In this document: one piece after another, positions 10,386 through 20,273 of the stretch | Position numbering within the stretch: position 1 is the stretch's first letter | Layout: the number at the start of each line of letters is the position of its first letter | Assembly: GCA_039208735.1 (NCBI GenBank) | Contig: JBCCQY010000026.1 | Location: forward strand, 11,766 to 75,765 | Direction of reading: 5' to 3' | Length of the DNA: 64,000 nt | Origin: Myxococcota bacterium | GTDB lineage: Bacteria; Myxococcota_A; UBA796; GCA-2862545 | Made by a program: the position numbers and the translations under genes | The notes under the pieces: generated by a model | Database searches by the model: none | What the model was told of the DNA's origin: nothing | Seen by the model: only the letters and a program-made list of their open reading frames with translations

Positions 10386-10389
10386 GGCG

Positions 10390-10992
10390 TCACCCGGTCA
10401 GCAGGGACCCGCAGCGGTCGCAATCCACCGAACCGTCGTCATTGAACGCGATGGTCGCTTCGTCGACGTCTGCGCCGCAGTTCGCGCACCGCTTGGGAAG
10501 GTGCCGGCGCATGCTTCGATTCACGCTCGGATCGGCGGCAGGGGCCTTGGGGGTCACGCCGAGCTGATTGCGCAACGTCGGCTTGAGGGTGGCTGCGTCG
10601 TCGGCGAACGGCGTGTCGGCCAGGCGATCGAGGAAGCGTCCGAACAGGCGTGAGGTGCGATCCTTGTCACCATCCTTCTGGGCTTCGGCAACCGCCGCAT
10701 CGAGCGATGCCGTGAAGGCTTCCCGATCGCCGGCCATGGCATGCGCAAGCGCCGCATGGGCGCCCAAGTGCGCCGCAACCCGAGGCATTTCGCGCTCCTG
10801 TGCGACGTTGGCCATGCGCTGGAACTTCGTGGCCGCCGGCTCGGCCTCGCCCGCTGCAAGGTGCGCGTGCGCCTCTTGAATACGCTGTCGCGCGACGTCG
10901 CCGAGCCGGTGCTCGACTTTCCGGCGTCCCCCTCGGCGCACCGGGCCCGTGCCCATCATTGCGCCAGTCGCCATTCGTCCCTTTCGTGCCAC
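10390..10992 (-). CDS. Hypothetical helical protein with C-terminal zinc ribbon
   Basis: GTG start after GAGGA; CANC...CDRC at the C-terminus. Confidence 0.65.
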   Translation of the reverse strand: MARKGRMATGAMMGTGPVRRGGRRKVEHRLGDVARQRIQEAHAHLAAGEAEPAATKFQRMANVAQEREMPRVAAHLGAHAALAHAMAGDREAFTASLDAAVAEAQKDGDKDRTSRLFGRFLDRLADTPFADDAATLKPTLRNQLGVTPKAPAADPSVNRSMRRHLPKRCANCGADVDEATIAFNDDGSVDCDRCGSLLTG

Positions 10993-11038
10993 ATCCTCTC
11001 CGCGGGTCGGTCTGGATGGGTAGCACGGCGCCTGGGGG

Positions 11039-12127
11039 TCAGCCGCCCGGAGTCGGAGGGACGGGGGCAGGGCACGACGTGGGAACCGTGGTTTGGTTCG
11101 CAGCGATGGCGATGGCCAACGTGCTCTGCTGGACCTTGAGGAGCATCGCGGTGCCTTGGAAGGCCTTGGCGGCCTCGGGGTCCTGCGCCAGGCTCTCGAC
11201 GACACCACGTGTGTGTGCGAGGGCGCGGTGGGTCGAGCAGTCGTCCATGGCCCGGCTGGCGCCGAGCGCGAAGGCGGTTGCGGCGACCGACAGACCCATC
11301 ACGATGGGCCCCGAGTCATCGTCGGGGGGATGTTCCCGGTCGATGTGCCACTCTCGAAACCCGATCATGCCCAACCCTTCGGACTGGAAGGTGGCTTTGC
11401 CCTTGGTCCACCACGATCGGGCAAGCGAAGCATCGACGGGGGCGAGGTACCGGACCGACCAGGCCACGGCGGTTCCGCGCGGCTCGTCGTGAAACGCACG
11501 GACGCCTGTCCACTCGGAAACGGGCAAGCCGGGTACGGTGCTCGACCGGGCCCCAACCGCGGCGAGGTACCGCTTCCGGGGCTGGTCGGTAAGGGAGAGC
11601 CCAAAGAGCCGGTCGGCTTGATGAAGCGCGTACAGCGTCGCCGCTTGGTCGGCCGGCCAGCGGGCTTTGCCGACCGGGAACGACTGCGCCACCCCGCTTT
11701 TGTGGGCAAGCGAGCGCTCGGCCAGGTGGTGGGCGAGCGCGGGGCCACGTTGAACCTCCGTATGGAGAGGATCGACGCGTGCGAGGGCGGTGAGCACGAT
11801 GAGCCAGTGCGTCACGTAAAGGTTGTGGTCACCAAAGGGACCATCCGGGGAGGCAAAGGGGCTCAGCTTTGGATGGATCGCGGCACTGGCGAGTCGGGCG
11901 AGCGCCTCTCGAGCCTCATCGAGCGACCATTGACCGGTTTCGGCCCTTCGTGCGCAGGCCTCAGCCGCATTGGACAGCGCGATGATGCGAAACCCGCGCT
12001 TCGTCGAGGTGTCGGTCAGCAGCTGGGTCACGGGCTCGGCCGTGAGTTCTCGCAGTCGAGTGTCGAGGCTCGGAACCGGCTCGGTCGCGAGACCCGTGCC
12101 GAGGCCAAACACCAGCAACGGGATCAT
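11039..12127 (-). CDS. Exported protein resembling the linalool dehydratase/isomerase-like (alpha/alpha) barrel family
   Basis: QSFP...WPADQ and FREW...DDDSGPIVMGLSVAATAFALGA motifs recalled from that family. Confidence 0.5.
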   Translation of the reverse strand: MIPLLVFGLGTGLATEPVPSLDTRLRELTAEPVTQLLTDTSTKRGFRIIALSNAAEACARRAETGQWSLDEAREALARLASAAIHPKLSPFASPDGPFGDHNLYVTHWLIVLTALARVDPLHTEVQRGPALAHHLAERSLAHKSGVAQSFPVGKARWPADQAATLYALHQADRLFGLSLTDQPRKRYLAAVGARSSTVPGLPVSEWTGVRAFHDEPRGTAVAWSVRYLAPVDASLARSWWTKGKATFQSEGLGMIGFREWHIDREHPPDDDSGPIVMGLSVAATAFALGASRAMDDCSTHRALAHTRGVVESLAQDPEAAKAFQGTAMLLKVQQSTLAIAIAANQTTVPTSCPAPVPPTPGG

Positions 12128-12877
12128 CTACAGCCTCCCCATTCCGAACATTCGCGCTGCGTTGTCGTGGGTGGTTTGGGCGACGGCGTCGGCGGACTCG
12201 CCCCGAGCCCGGGCCACGGCCTCGATCACCCGCATCAGATCGGTCGGTGCGCCACGTGCCTTCGAAGGGCGCGTGTCGGGGCAGTCCGTTTCGACCAACA
12301 ATCGGTCGGCAGGCGTCGCGCGCGCGCTCGCGGCTTGCCGCGGGGCGTGAGCGTGGGTGATGGCAAGGCCAAACGAGAGGGACAAGCCGAGTGCCACCGC
12401 TTCCGCGACCCGATCGGGGGGGCCGGTCCACCCATGGATCATGCCGCCCGCCTGGGGCAGGCCATCACGCCGGATGGTGGCCAGCAATTCCGGGTAAGCC
12501 CGCACGCAGTGAAAGATGACCGGCCGATCGGTGGCTCGCGCCATTGCGAGTTGGGCACGCAAACCGGCTTGTTGCCACGCAAGGTCTTTGGTGACCCGCC
12601 GATCCAACCCGATTTCGCCGATCCCAACGGGAGACGCTTTCTCCAAGGCAGCGACGATGTCGTCCCAATCCGCCACGCGATCCGCCCAGGCGGGATGGAC
12701 CCCCAATACGGCTACATCTCCGCCTTCTTTGGCCACCGCGCGGGTCCGCTCCCACGTCTCGGGATGGGTGCCGGCCAAGACCGAAGCGACGATGCCGCTC
12801 GCACGGGCCTCTGCGATCACCGCCGCACGGTCCGCCGCAAATGCTTCGAAGTCGAGATGATTGTGGGCGTCAATCAT
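12128..12877 (-). CDS. tatD: TatD family deoxyribonuclease
   Basis: MIDAHNHLD, GVHP, GIGEIGLD, LLVETDCP. Confidence 0.92.
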   Translation of the reverse strand: MIDAHNHLDFEAFAADRAAVIAEARASGIVASVLAGTHPETWERTRAVAKEGGDVAVLGVHPAWADRVADWDDIVAALEKASPVGIGEIGLDRRVTKDLAWQQAGLRAQLAMARATDRPVIFHCVRAYPELLATIRRDGLPQAGGMIHGWTGPPDRVAEAVALGLSLSFGLAITHAHAPRQAASARATPADRLLVETDCPDTRPSKARGAPTDLMRVIEAVARARGESADAVAQTTHDNAARMFGMGRL

Positions 12878-13014
12878 GGCGAGTGTTCCCCGGTCCCGCA
12901 GCGCATCGAGGCTGGCGAGGGATCGTGACATCTCGTGGCACCTTCATGAGTCCAGGTCCACGCTCTGCGGTCGATGGAGTCGGTGGCGGGGCACAGGTCC
13001 CCACGGGGGTGCGC

Positions 13015-13500
13015 ATGAAGACGTACGGCGTCGATGAACTCGTGGTCGTACCAGGCTGTGGGGTGGGTCGGGTCGAAGCCGTCGAGACGATGGACGTCGA
13101 CGGTGAACGGGTCGAGCTGTATCGGATCGATCTCGGTGAAAGTAGTGGCCGGATGTGGGTCCCTACGAATCTTGTGGACGTTCAAGGCGTGCGCAAGGTC
13201 ATGTCGCCCGACTCGGCCGAGGAGGCCTGGTCCATCATCACCGCGATGGAAGCGCCGGAGGCTCGACAAAACTGGAATCGACGCCAGCGGCGGTACAACG
13301 AAAAGCTCATGGCGAACCAGCCCATGGAGTTGGCGGAGCTGTTGGGCGAACTCGCCGCCGTACGGTCGACCAAGGAACTGTCGTTTGGAGAACGGAAGAT
13401 CTTCGAGCGGGTACGAGAGTTGTTGGTCTCCGAGATTGCGGCGGCGTGTGGCCAGACGCGGGGTCAGGTCGAAGAGCGGATGACCGAGGTTCTGGCCTGA
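13015..13500 (+). CDS. CarD/CdnL family RNA polymerase-binding regulator
   Basis: VVPGCGVGRV, WNRRQRRYNEK, KELSFGERKIFERVRELLVSEIA. Confidence 0.92.
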   Translation: MKTYGVDELVVVPGCGVGRVEAVETMDVDGERVELYRIDLGESSGRMWVPTNLVDVQGVRKVMSPDSAEEAWSIITAMEAPEARQNWNRRQRRYNEKLMANQPMELAELLGELAAVRSTKELSFGERKIFERVRELLVSEIAAACGQTRGQVEERMTEVLA

Positions 13501-13541
13501 CGCCTTTTACGGTGTGACAACGGCACCGGAGGCGCGTCGCG

Positions 13542-14711
13542 ATGGGCTGGGCATTCGTGTGGTTGGCGTGGATCGGGTGCCGTGGGTTCGACAACACCGC
13601 GCCGTTCCTCGAAGTGCGAGGTCCTGTGGGGCCCGTGAAGGTGATGGCGGAATTCACCATCAAGGTCCACGATGCCCAAACCGCGGTCCGACGACTGATG
13701 GTCACCGTCGACGACGATCGATCCGAGATCATCACCCTTCCCAAGGGGGCTTCGCCCCATGAACTGGGATGGGTGTTGGGGCTGGCTTCCCTTTCGCAGG
13801 GCCCACACATGGTCCGGTTCACGGCCTTTGACGACGCATTGGTGGCCAACACGGCGGAAGCCGAGATCTCGATCGACGTCGACCGAATCCCTCCGGACCT
13901 CGAACTACACCGCCCCTCGCTCCAGGTGGGTCAAGGTCGGACGGGGGTGGTCTGGGTTCGCGCCAAGGGCGAGCCTCTCGAAAAGGCCGTGATTCGATTT
14001 GGCGATGATCGAGAGCCCATGTTTGAGGTGAACGGCGCCTTTCGTTCCTTGCGAGGCGTGCCGATTCGAGCCGAGGTCGGACCGCTTCCGTTTGTGATTA
14101 CGGCCGAAGATCAGGCGGGGAACGCCTCCCGCATTGAAGGGGCTCTGACCGTGGTGGAAACCGCCTTCGAAGAGGGCGGGTTCATCAAGCTGACGGCAAA
14201 ACAAAAGCGGAAACGAAAGGACAAGGCAGCCCTCCGCGAAATGCGTCGGGAGCGGGACGAAGCCTATGCCGTGCGCACGTTGGAACAACGCTGGCGCGAA
14301 CCGTTCTTGTTGCCCGTCAAAGACGGCGAGTTCACCTCCCCCTTCGGCAAGTTCCGCACCTACAGCGATGGTCGAAAGGACCACCATACGGGACTCGACC
14401 TGTCGAAAGAGCAAGGTGCCCCGATTCTCGCGCCGGCCGAGGGTCGGGTCCTCCTCGCGAAACCCCAGGCGATCTTTGGCAATGTCGTCATTCTTGACCA
14501 TGGACACGGGGTGACCACGTCCTACAACCACCTTGCGTCGATCGGAGTCGACGTGGGGGACGTTGTGAAGCGAGGTCAGACCATTGCCACCTTGGGCTCG
14601 ACGGGGCAAAGTACAGGTCCGCACCTCCACTGGAGCATGGTGGTCGGAGACGATGCGGTGGATCCGGGGCAGTGGCTCCAAGAGGATTTCTCCACCGCTC
14701 CATTCCGCTGA
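13542..14711 (+). CDS. M23 family metallopeptidase with N-terminal Ig-like domains
   Basis: HTGLDL, GNVVILDHG, YNHL, STGPHLHW. Confidence 0.92.
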   Translation: MGWAFVWLAWIGCRGFDNTAPFLEVRGPVGPVKVMAEFTIKVHDAQTAVRRLMVTVDDDRSEIITLPKGASPHELGWVLGLASLSQGPHMVRFTAFDDALVANTAEAEISIDVDRIPPDLELHRPSLQVGQGRTGVVWVRAKGEPLEKAVIRFGDDREPMFEVNGAFRSLRGVPIRAEVGPLPFVITAEDQAGNASRIEGALTVVETAFEEGGFIKLTAKQKRKRKDKAALREMRRERDEAYAVRTLEQRWREPFLLPVKDGEFTSPFGKFRTYSDGRKDHHTGLDLSKEQGAPILAPAEGRVLLAKPQAIFGNVVILDHGHGVTTSYNHLASIGVDVGDVVKRGQTIATLGSTGQSTGPHLHWSMVVGDDAVDPGQWLQEDFSTAPFR

Positions 14712-15532
14712 TGTCCAGGTGGGTTGCGGCCCACAAACCGATGACTGACTTTCGCAAATACCCGCGAATCCCGCATCTTCCGGGTTCCGCACGACATGGC
14801 GACGACGACCAAGTGCCCTGGGCCTCGATGCAGGCCTTTGTGGGGCATCGGGTCGTCGTGACGGAAAAGCTCGATGGGGCCAACGCAGGGGTGTCCTTCG
14901 TGTCTGGCGCCTTGCAGCTTCAATCCCGGGGCCATGTGCTCACGGGAGGGGCCCGCGAACGGCATTTTGCGCTCTTCAAGGCCTGGGCCGCGGCACAAGA
15001 GGCCGCGCTCTACGAGGCCTTGGGTGAGCGCTTTGTGGTGTACGGCGAGTGGTTGTATGCGCGACACACCGTGTTTTACGATGCCCTTCCGCACTACTTT
15101 GTGGCCTTCGACGTCTACGATCGTTCGACCGACACCTTCTTGGCTTCCGGCCCGCGCTCCGACCGGTTGTCGGGTCTTCCGCTGGCGACACCGCCGATTC
15201 GCTTTGCCGGTGTGCTCGAGTCTCCGGCCGACCTCGACGACCTGCCGGGTCGTTCCGCGTGCAAGTCTCCTGATTGGCAAGCGGGGCTGCGCGCGGCCAC
15301 CCAAGAAGGTGAGGTCGCCGAATGGGGCGACCCCGAACGGGCCATCGCGCAGACCGATCCGAGCGATGAAGCAGAGGGCTTCGTGGTGGCCCTGGAGGAC
15401 GAGGAGCGCGTGCTCGAACGCGCGAAGTGGGTGCGTCCAAGCTTCGTGCTGGCCATGACCTTGTCAGGCTCCCACTGGCTGTCTCGGCCCATTCTCGTCA
15501 ATCGGTTGGCGATGGGAGCGTCGCTATGGTGA
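14711..15532 (+). CDS. ATP-dependent RNA ligase family protein
   Basis: KYPRIPHLPGS, nucleotidyltransferase motif I EKLDGAN, YGEWLYARH, FDVYD, EGFVV, AKWVR. Confidence 0.88.
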   Translation: MSRWVAAHKPMTDFRKYPRIPHLPGSARHGDDDQVPWASMQAFVGHRVVVTEKLDGANAGVSFVSGALQLQSRGHVLTGGARERHFALFKAWAAAQEAALYEALGERFVVYGEWLYARHTVFYDALPHYFVAFDVYDRSTDTFLASGPRSDRLSGLPLATPPIRFAGVLESPADLDDLPGRSACKSPDWQAGLRAATQEGEVAEWGDPERAIAQTDPSDEAEGFVVALEDEERVLERAKWVRPSFVLAMTLSGSHWLSRPILVNRLAMGASLW

Positions 15533-16653
15533 GCCTGTTCGAGCCGCCCGGGCCACCGGACTTTCGTGTGGATCTATCTGCCTTGCGACATGACGGGAGT
15601 TGGGGAGAGGCGCTCTACGCCTGCCCACAGAACCCGAAGTGGCATGCCGAAGGCGATGTCGGGACGCATACCGAAATGGTCTGCGAGGCGCTCGTGGCCG
15701 ATCCCCGATACCGCAGCCTCGACGAGTCCGCTCGCCAGGTGGTCTGGCTCGCCGCGGTGCTTCACGATGTCGCCAAGCCTCGGACGACCACTCGGATCGA
15801 CGGCGAGATCCGCCAGCCGCATCACAGTCGAGTGGGGGCCCGTCTGGCGCGGCGGCTGTTGTGGGAAGCCGGAGTTCCGTTTGCTATCCGCGAGGCGGCG
15901 TGCGCCATCATTCGCTACCATCAAGTTCCATTTTGGCTCATTGATCAGGATGATGCTCGGGGTCGCGCGGTGCGGATGTCGCAATCGGTGCGGTGCGATT
16001 GGCTTGGGCTGGTCGCCCGCGCGGATGCGATAGGGCGCACCTGCGACGACCAACAGTGGATTGTCGACCAGACCGAACTCTTCGAAGCGTTCTGCGCGGA
16101 ATTGGGATGCTTGGAGGCACCTTGGCCGTTTGCGTCCGATGCGGCTCGGGTCCGGTGTGGTTTGGATGTCCAGCGAGACCCCCTGGCCCCCGGGGAGCCG
16201 TTCCCCACCTTCGACGTGGTCCTCATGTCGGGGCTCCCTGCGTCTGGGAAGTCGACCTGGTTGTCGACCCATCGGCCAGGGTGGCCCGTGGTGAGTCTCG
16301 ACCGGCTGCGACATTCGATGAAGATCGATCCCCGAGGGCCGCAAGGACGGGTGGTGCAAGCGGCCAAGGAGGCCGCTCGCGTGCACCTTCGGGCGAAGCA
16401 GTCCTTCGCCTGGGATGCCACCAACCTCAACGCGGATCGTCGTACGCCGCTCATCCAAATGGCCGTCGACTACGGCGCTCGTGTGCACATCGTGGTCTGC
16501 GAGACGCCACCCGCCGTGCTCCACAGTCGCAACCGGTCGCGCGAAGCCGTCGTGCCGGCGAAGGTCATCGAGCGCATGGTGGATCGTTGGGAGTCGCCTA
16601 CCTGGCTCGAGGCGCATGAGCGCACGGTGGTGGAGTCCGACGCGCTGGAGTGA
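15526..16653 (+). CDS. HD-domain phosphoesterase fused to P-loop polynucleotide kinase (HD-Pnk)
   Basis: WHAEGDVGTHT, LHDVAK, HH, Walker A GLPASGKST, WDATN, RNRSR. Confidence 0.88.
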   Translation: MVSLFEPPGPPDFRVDLSALRHDGSWGEALYACPQNPKWHAEGDVGTHTEMVCEALVADPRYRSLDESARQVVWLAAVLHDVAKPRTTTRIDGEIRQPHHSRVGARLARRLLWEAGVPFAIREAACAIIRYHQVPFWLIDQDDARGRAVRMSQSVRCDWLGLVARADAIGRTCDDQQWIVDQTELFEAFCAELGCLEAPWPFASDAARVRCGLDVQRDPLAPGEPFPTFDVVLMSGLPASGKSTWLSTHRPGWPVVSLDRLRHSMKIDPRGPQGRVVQAAKEAARVHLRAKQSFAWDATNLNADRRTPLIQMAVDYGARVHIVVCETPPAVLHSRNRSREAVVPAKVIERMVDRWESPTWLEAHERTVVESDALE

Positions 16654-16709
16654 CGTCCGAGTTTCAAACGCGCCGGGCTCGATCCGACAAAGCCTGAGGG
16701 GAGACTCGC

Positions 16710-17648
16710 ATGCCGCAACACACCACGCCGGTCGACCACTTTGCCGAACGCACCGGCACCGTACGCCTTCAACGAGGCGATGACACGCTTCAGATTCCCA
16801 CGATCCGCGTCGTGGCCGGTGCGGAACTCATGGTGAGCTACGCGGTCTATCCGACGGAGCGGGTGGTCATCGGTCGGGATGCACGCTGCGATCTCGTGCT
16901 CTCGGACTCATCGATTTCCCGTCGGCACGCTTGCATTACGAGCGATGGCAAAGGGTTGCTGCTCGAGGATTTGGGGTCCACGAATGGCACGTTGATCGGC
17001 ACGCGGCGCCTGAAGGCCCCGACCCTGCTGCCGCTTGGCACCATGTTCTATCTGGGTAGTGTCGCGCTGCGCGTTGACGAGCTTTCGGTGGATGAGATTC
17101 ATCACCTCGAACGACTGGCCCAACGGCTGTCGCGGGTGACCCGAGATCCGCTCACGGGGTTGCTGGGACGCGGTTGGATCGAGGAGGAGCTTGGTCACCT
17201 TGCGACGAGGCATCGTCGTGCCCAGGAGCCCCTTGCGGCCATCTTTGTGGACGTGGACCACTTCAAGTCGATCAACGACACCTACGGCCACGCGACGGGT
17301 GACGATGTACTGCGCATCGTGGCTCGGGTGTTGAACCACGAGCTGCGCGATGGTGACAAGGTGGCGAGGTACGGAGGGGAGGAGTTCGTCGTGATCCTCA
17401 CCGGGTGCACGGAGGCCGACGCGATGCGGGTAGCCCGTCGGCTGCGCTACGCGGTGGAACGGCACGAATGGGAGCCCTACCTTGGGCAGGGCCTCAGCGT
17501 CACCGCGTCGTTCGGGGTGGCGGCGATGAAGAAGGACGAGACCCTCGCGGACTGGCTCAAGCGCGCCGATCAAGCGATGTACGCGGCGAAGCAAGCGGGA
17601 CGAAATCGCGTCTTCGGCGCCGAGGCCCTCGCCCGAACCGCGGCGTAG
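16710..17648 (+). CDS. FHA-domain diguanylate cyclase
   Basis: FHA IGR..SRRHA..DLGSTNGT; DVDHFKSINDTYGH, RYGGEEF. Confidence 0.95.
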   Translation: MPQHTTPVDHFAERTGTVRLQRGDDTLQIPTIRVVAGAELMVSYAVYPTERVVIGRDARCDLVLSDSSISRRHACITSDGKGLLLEDLGSTNGTLIGTRRLKAPTLLPLGTMFYLGSVALRVDELSVDEIHHLERLAQRLSRVTRDPLTGLLGRGWIEEELGHLATRHRRAQEPLAAIFVDVDHFKSINDTYGHATGDDVLRIVARVLNHELRDGDKVARYGGEEFVVILTGCTEADAMRVARRLRYAVERHEWEPYLGQGLSVTASFGVAAMKKDETLADWLKRADQAMYAAKQAGRNRVFGAEALARTAA

Positions 17649-17706
17649 GACGGCCGCCTGCGCCCTGCGGACAGCGTGGGGCCCATTGGGGCGGTAGCTT
17701 TGACCC

Positions 17707-18441
17707 ATGCGCACCCTGCCCTTCCCCCTCGTCGAAGCCGTTGTCGACAGCGATGACGACGCCGCCGCCCGGTTCGTGCTCGCCGATTGGTTGTCCGAGC
17801 AAGGGGATCCCCAGGGCGAATGGCTCATGTCTTGCCTGCAAGAGCCGCCTGACCCTGAACGGTTCGAGCGCGTGCAGCGGGCCGTGCATCGAGCCCTCTT
17901 TGCCGGATGGCCCGGTCAGCACGCGATCGTGACGTGGCGAAGAGGGTTCGTCCGAGGCCTCGTCGTGCGATTGCCGGGGGTCAGCCGGACTCAGATCGAG
18001 CACGCGCTGTCACATCCCGCGATGTGGCTCGTGGAGTCCGTCACGTTCACGGCGGCCTGCCTCCCCCTGTTCGAGATCGGTCTGTACGATCAGCTGGTGG
18101 CAGCGCTGCGTGCCTCGGGTCCGCATCGTCGTCTTCGTCAACTCCGCTTTGCGGGGCCTTCCTTGCAGGGCGATCCGGAAGAGACGAGAGAAACATTGCG
18201 AGCGGGGGCACCCAGCCTCGACGCCGTAATCGTCGAACCTCGGCTGGATCCTTCGGCAACCGAGTGGTTTGAGTGTGCCGATCGCCTCGACTTACGCCAT
18301 GCGGCAGGTGCTCCGGGGCCCTTTAGTCCTGCTCCCGCCCAAGTGGACCGTTCGCTTGACGCGCAGGACGAAGAGGCGTTGTGGCTCGAACATGCCGACT
18401 GGTGTGACCTACGGGACGACGAATCCGATGGGCGCTGGTGA
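17707..18441 (+). CDS. TIGR02996-like domain protein
   Basis: DDDAAARFVLADWLSEQGDPQGE ... WRRGFV. Confidence 0.75.
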   Translation: MRTLPFPLVEAVVDSDDDAAARFVLADWLSEQGDPQGEWLMSCLQEPPDPERFERVQRAVHRALFAGWPGQHAIVTWRRGFVRGLVVRLPGVSRTQIEHALSHPAMWLVESVTFTAACLPLFEIGLYDQLVAALRASGPHRRLRQLRFAGPSLQGDPEETRETLRAGAPSLDAVIVEPRLDPSATEWFECADRLDLRHAAGAPGPFSPAPAQVDRSLDAQDEEALWLEHADWCDLRDDESDGRW

Positions 18442-20231
18442 CTGCGCTTCCTGACCCCCCAGCGTCGATGGTGCCCCTTGCGGCCGCCGTCGTCTGCCGA
18501 GGCCGATCGGAAGCCCAACGCGCTTATCTGATGCAGTGCGCGGGCTTGCCGGCCGATGCGTCGCTGCCGCCGCTCGACCCCGAAGAGGACCCGCGCGCCG
18601 ATGTCGTTGACGCCATTTTGGACCGCACGTGGCGAGCGCGGACCAAAGCCGACCGATTGGCCCTCGGCCAGGTGTTCACGCCGCGGCCGGTGGCTCGGCA
18701 AGTGCTGCTCGAACTGCCTTTGGGCCCCGGCCCCTCGGTTCGCATTCTCGATCCGGCGTGTGGCGGAGGCATCTTTCTCATCGAAGCCGCGGCCTGGCTT
18801 GCTGCGTCGCTGTCGGAAACTCCTGGTTTGGCACGCGCATGGGCCCTGTGGGAGCGAATCGCGGGGGTGGACATCGATCCCGGAGCCGCCGCATTGGCGC
18901 GGCTGCTGCTGGGTTCGAGCCTCGTTGATGCCTTGGGAGACGAGGATCCCGGCACCCTGCCGCTACCGCAGGTGTGGTTGGCCGATGCCTTGAATCCAGA
19001 GACCGAAGTCTTGATCGAGGCGTTCGCGCCCACGCACGTTCTGGGCAATCCGCCGTACCTCGAGGCCAAGCGTATGCCAAACCCAGACCGGGCCAGGCTT
19101 CGCACCCAGCTCCCGGAGCTGACAGGGGCGTTCGACCTCTACATGGCGTTCTGTCATCTGGCCTTGCGTTGGGTGGGACCAACCGGTGTTGTGGCGCTCG
19201 TGTTGCCCAACAAGGTGCAAGTGGCTCGGTATGCGGCCTCCCTGCGGGCGACGCTCACGGCGAGCGGGCGGTTGCATGCACTCTTGGATCTGTCCGAACT
19301 CGCGGTCTTCGCTCGCATAGGGGTCTACCCCATCGTGGTCATCCTCGGACCAGAGCGAGCGTTGGGAAGCTACAAGGCCTGTCATCGTGTGGCTTCACTC
19401 GACGCGATGGGTCGTGCTGCACTGGTGGGCGTCGACGTGCCCCACGAACTGCCCTTGGCCGTGATGCAGCCGCCGACCTGGTTTACGCTGCCCAACTCCG
19501 CCATCGCCGCACTGGCCGACGACCTTCTCGAGCGTTGCCCACGCCTCGAAGCGGTGGCCACCGTGCGGTCTACCTGCAGTTTTCACCGCAAAGGCCTCCG
19601 CGAACGGTTTGTCAAGGATGGAGAGGCCTTGCCTCGTGGCATTCCGTACCTGGGAGGACGCAGTTGGTCGCGACGCAACGAGATCCGTCCGTACCAGGTG
19701 GATTGGACGGGGCATCGGATCGACTTTGACGCCGAGGCGCTTCGAACGCTGCGCAATCCGCTCCCTCCTCTCGAGTGTTTCATGCGGCCAAAGGTGATCT
19801 TTTGCCAGCATGCGCGCACGCTCATCGCCTATGGCGATGTGGAAGGGCGGTTCGTGACCAAAGACGTCTTTCCCATCGTGCTGCCCCATGACGACTCCCC
19901 CGAAGCCGTTTGTGGACTCACCGCGATTCTGAACTCCCGGTTGATGTCGGTGCTGTACGCCACGTGGTTTCGAGGGATTCAGATTTCGGGTGGCTACCTC
20001 CATTTCCTTCCCGTCTACCTGCGCCGGATGCCCGTTCCGGCCCCCGAACGGTGGACGGACCTTGCCGAAGTGGTCGCCGGTCTTCAAACCCATCCCGACG
20101 AAGCGAAGGCTGAAGAAATCGATGCCCGAGTGATGGAGGCTTATGCGCTGTCGCCAGAGGACAGTGCTTTGGTGCGTCGCTTGGCAGATCACGAGCTGGG
20201 CTTCGCACCCGCGATGTTGGCGCGTCGTTGA
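18438..20231 (+). CDS. N6-adenine DNA methyltransferase, gamma class (TaqI/Eco57I-like) with C-terminal target-recognition domain
   Basis: GQVFTP, ILDPACGGGIFL, GNPPY, DLYMAF, AILNSRL. Confidence 0.9.
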   Translation: MTALPDPPASMVPLAAAVVCRGRSEAQRAYLMQCAGLPADASLPPLDPEEDPRADVVDAILDRTWRARTKADRLALGQVFTPRPVARQVLLELPLGPGPSVRILDPACGGGIFLIEAAAWLAASLSETPGLARAWALWERIAGVDIDPGAAALARLLLGSSLVDALGDEDPGTLPLPQVWLADALNPETEVLIEAFAPTHVLGNPPYLEAKRMPNPDRARLRTQLPELTGAFDLYMAFCHLALRWVGPTGVVALVLPNKVQVARYAASLRATLTASGRLHALLDLSELAVFARIGVYPIVVILGPERALGSYKACHRVASLDAMGRAALVGVDVPHELPLAVMQPPTWFTLPNSAIAALADDLLERCPRLEAVATVRSTCSFHRKGLRERFVKDGEALPRGIPYLGGRSWSRRNEIRPYQVDWTGHRIDFDAEALRTLRNPLPPLECFMRPKVIFCQHARTLIAYGDVEGRFVTKDVFPIVLPHDDSPEAVCGLTAILNSRLMSVLYATWFRGIQISGGYLHFLPVYLRRMPVPAPERWTDLAEVVAGLQTHPDEAKAEEIDARVMEAYALSPEDSALVRRLADHELGFAPAMLARR

Positions 20232-20273
20232 CGACCCGGACAAGGAAGGAAAAGACGCGACCCCGGAGTCCCT

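Noticed and set aside
11093..12928. Long 611-aa plus-strand ORF and similar long antisense ORFs (e.g. 48979-50535, 39487-40827)
   Set aside because: Shadow ORFs from high GC content; they overlap well-supported genes and have no recognisable motifs.
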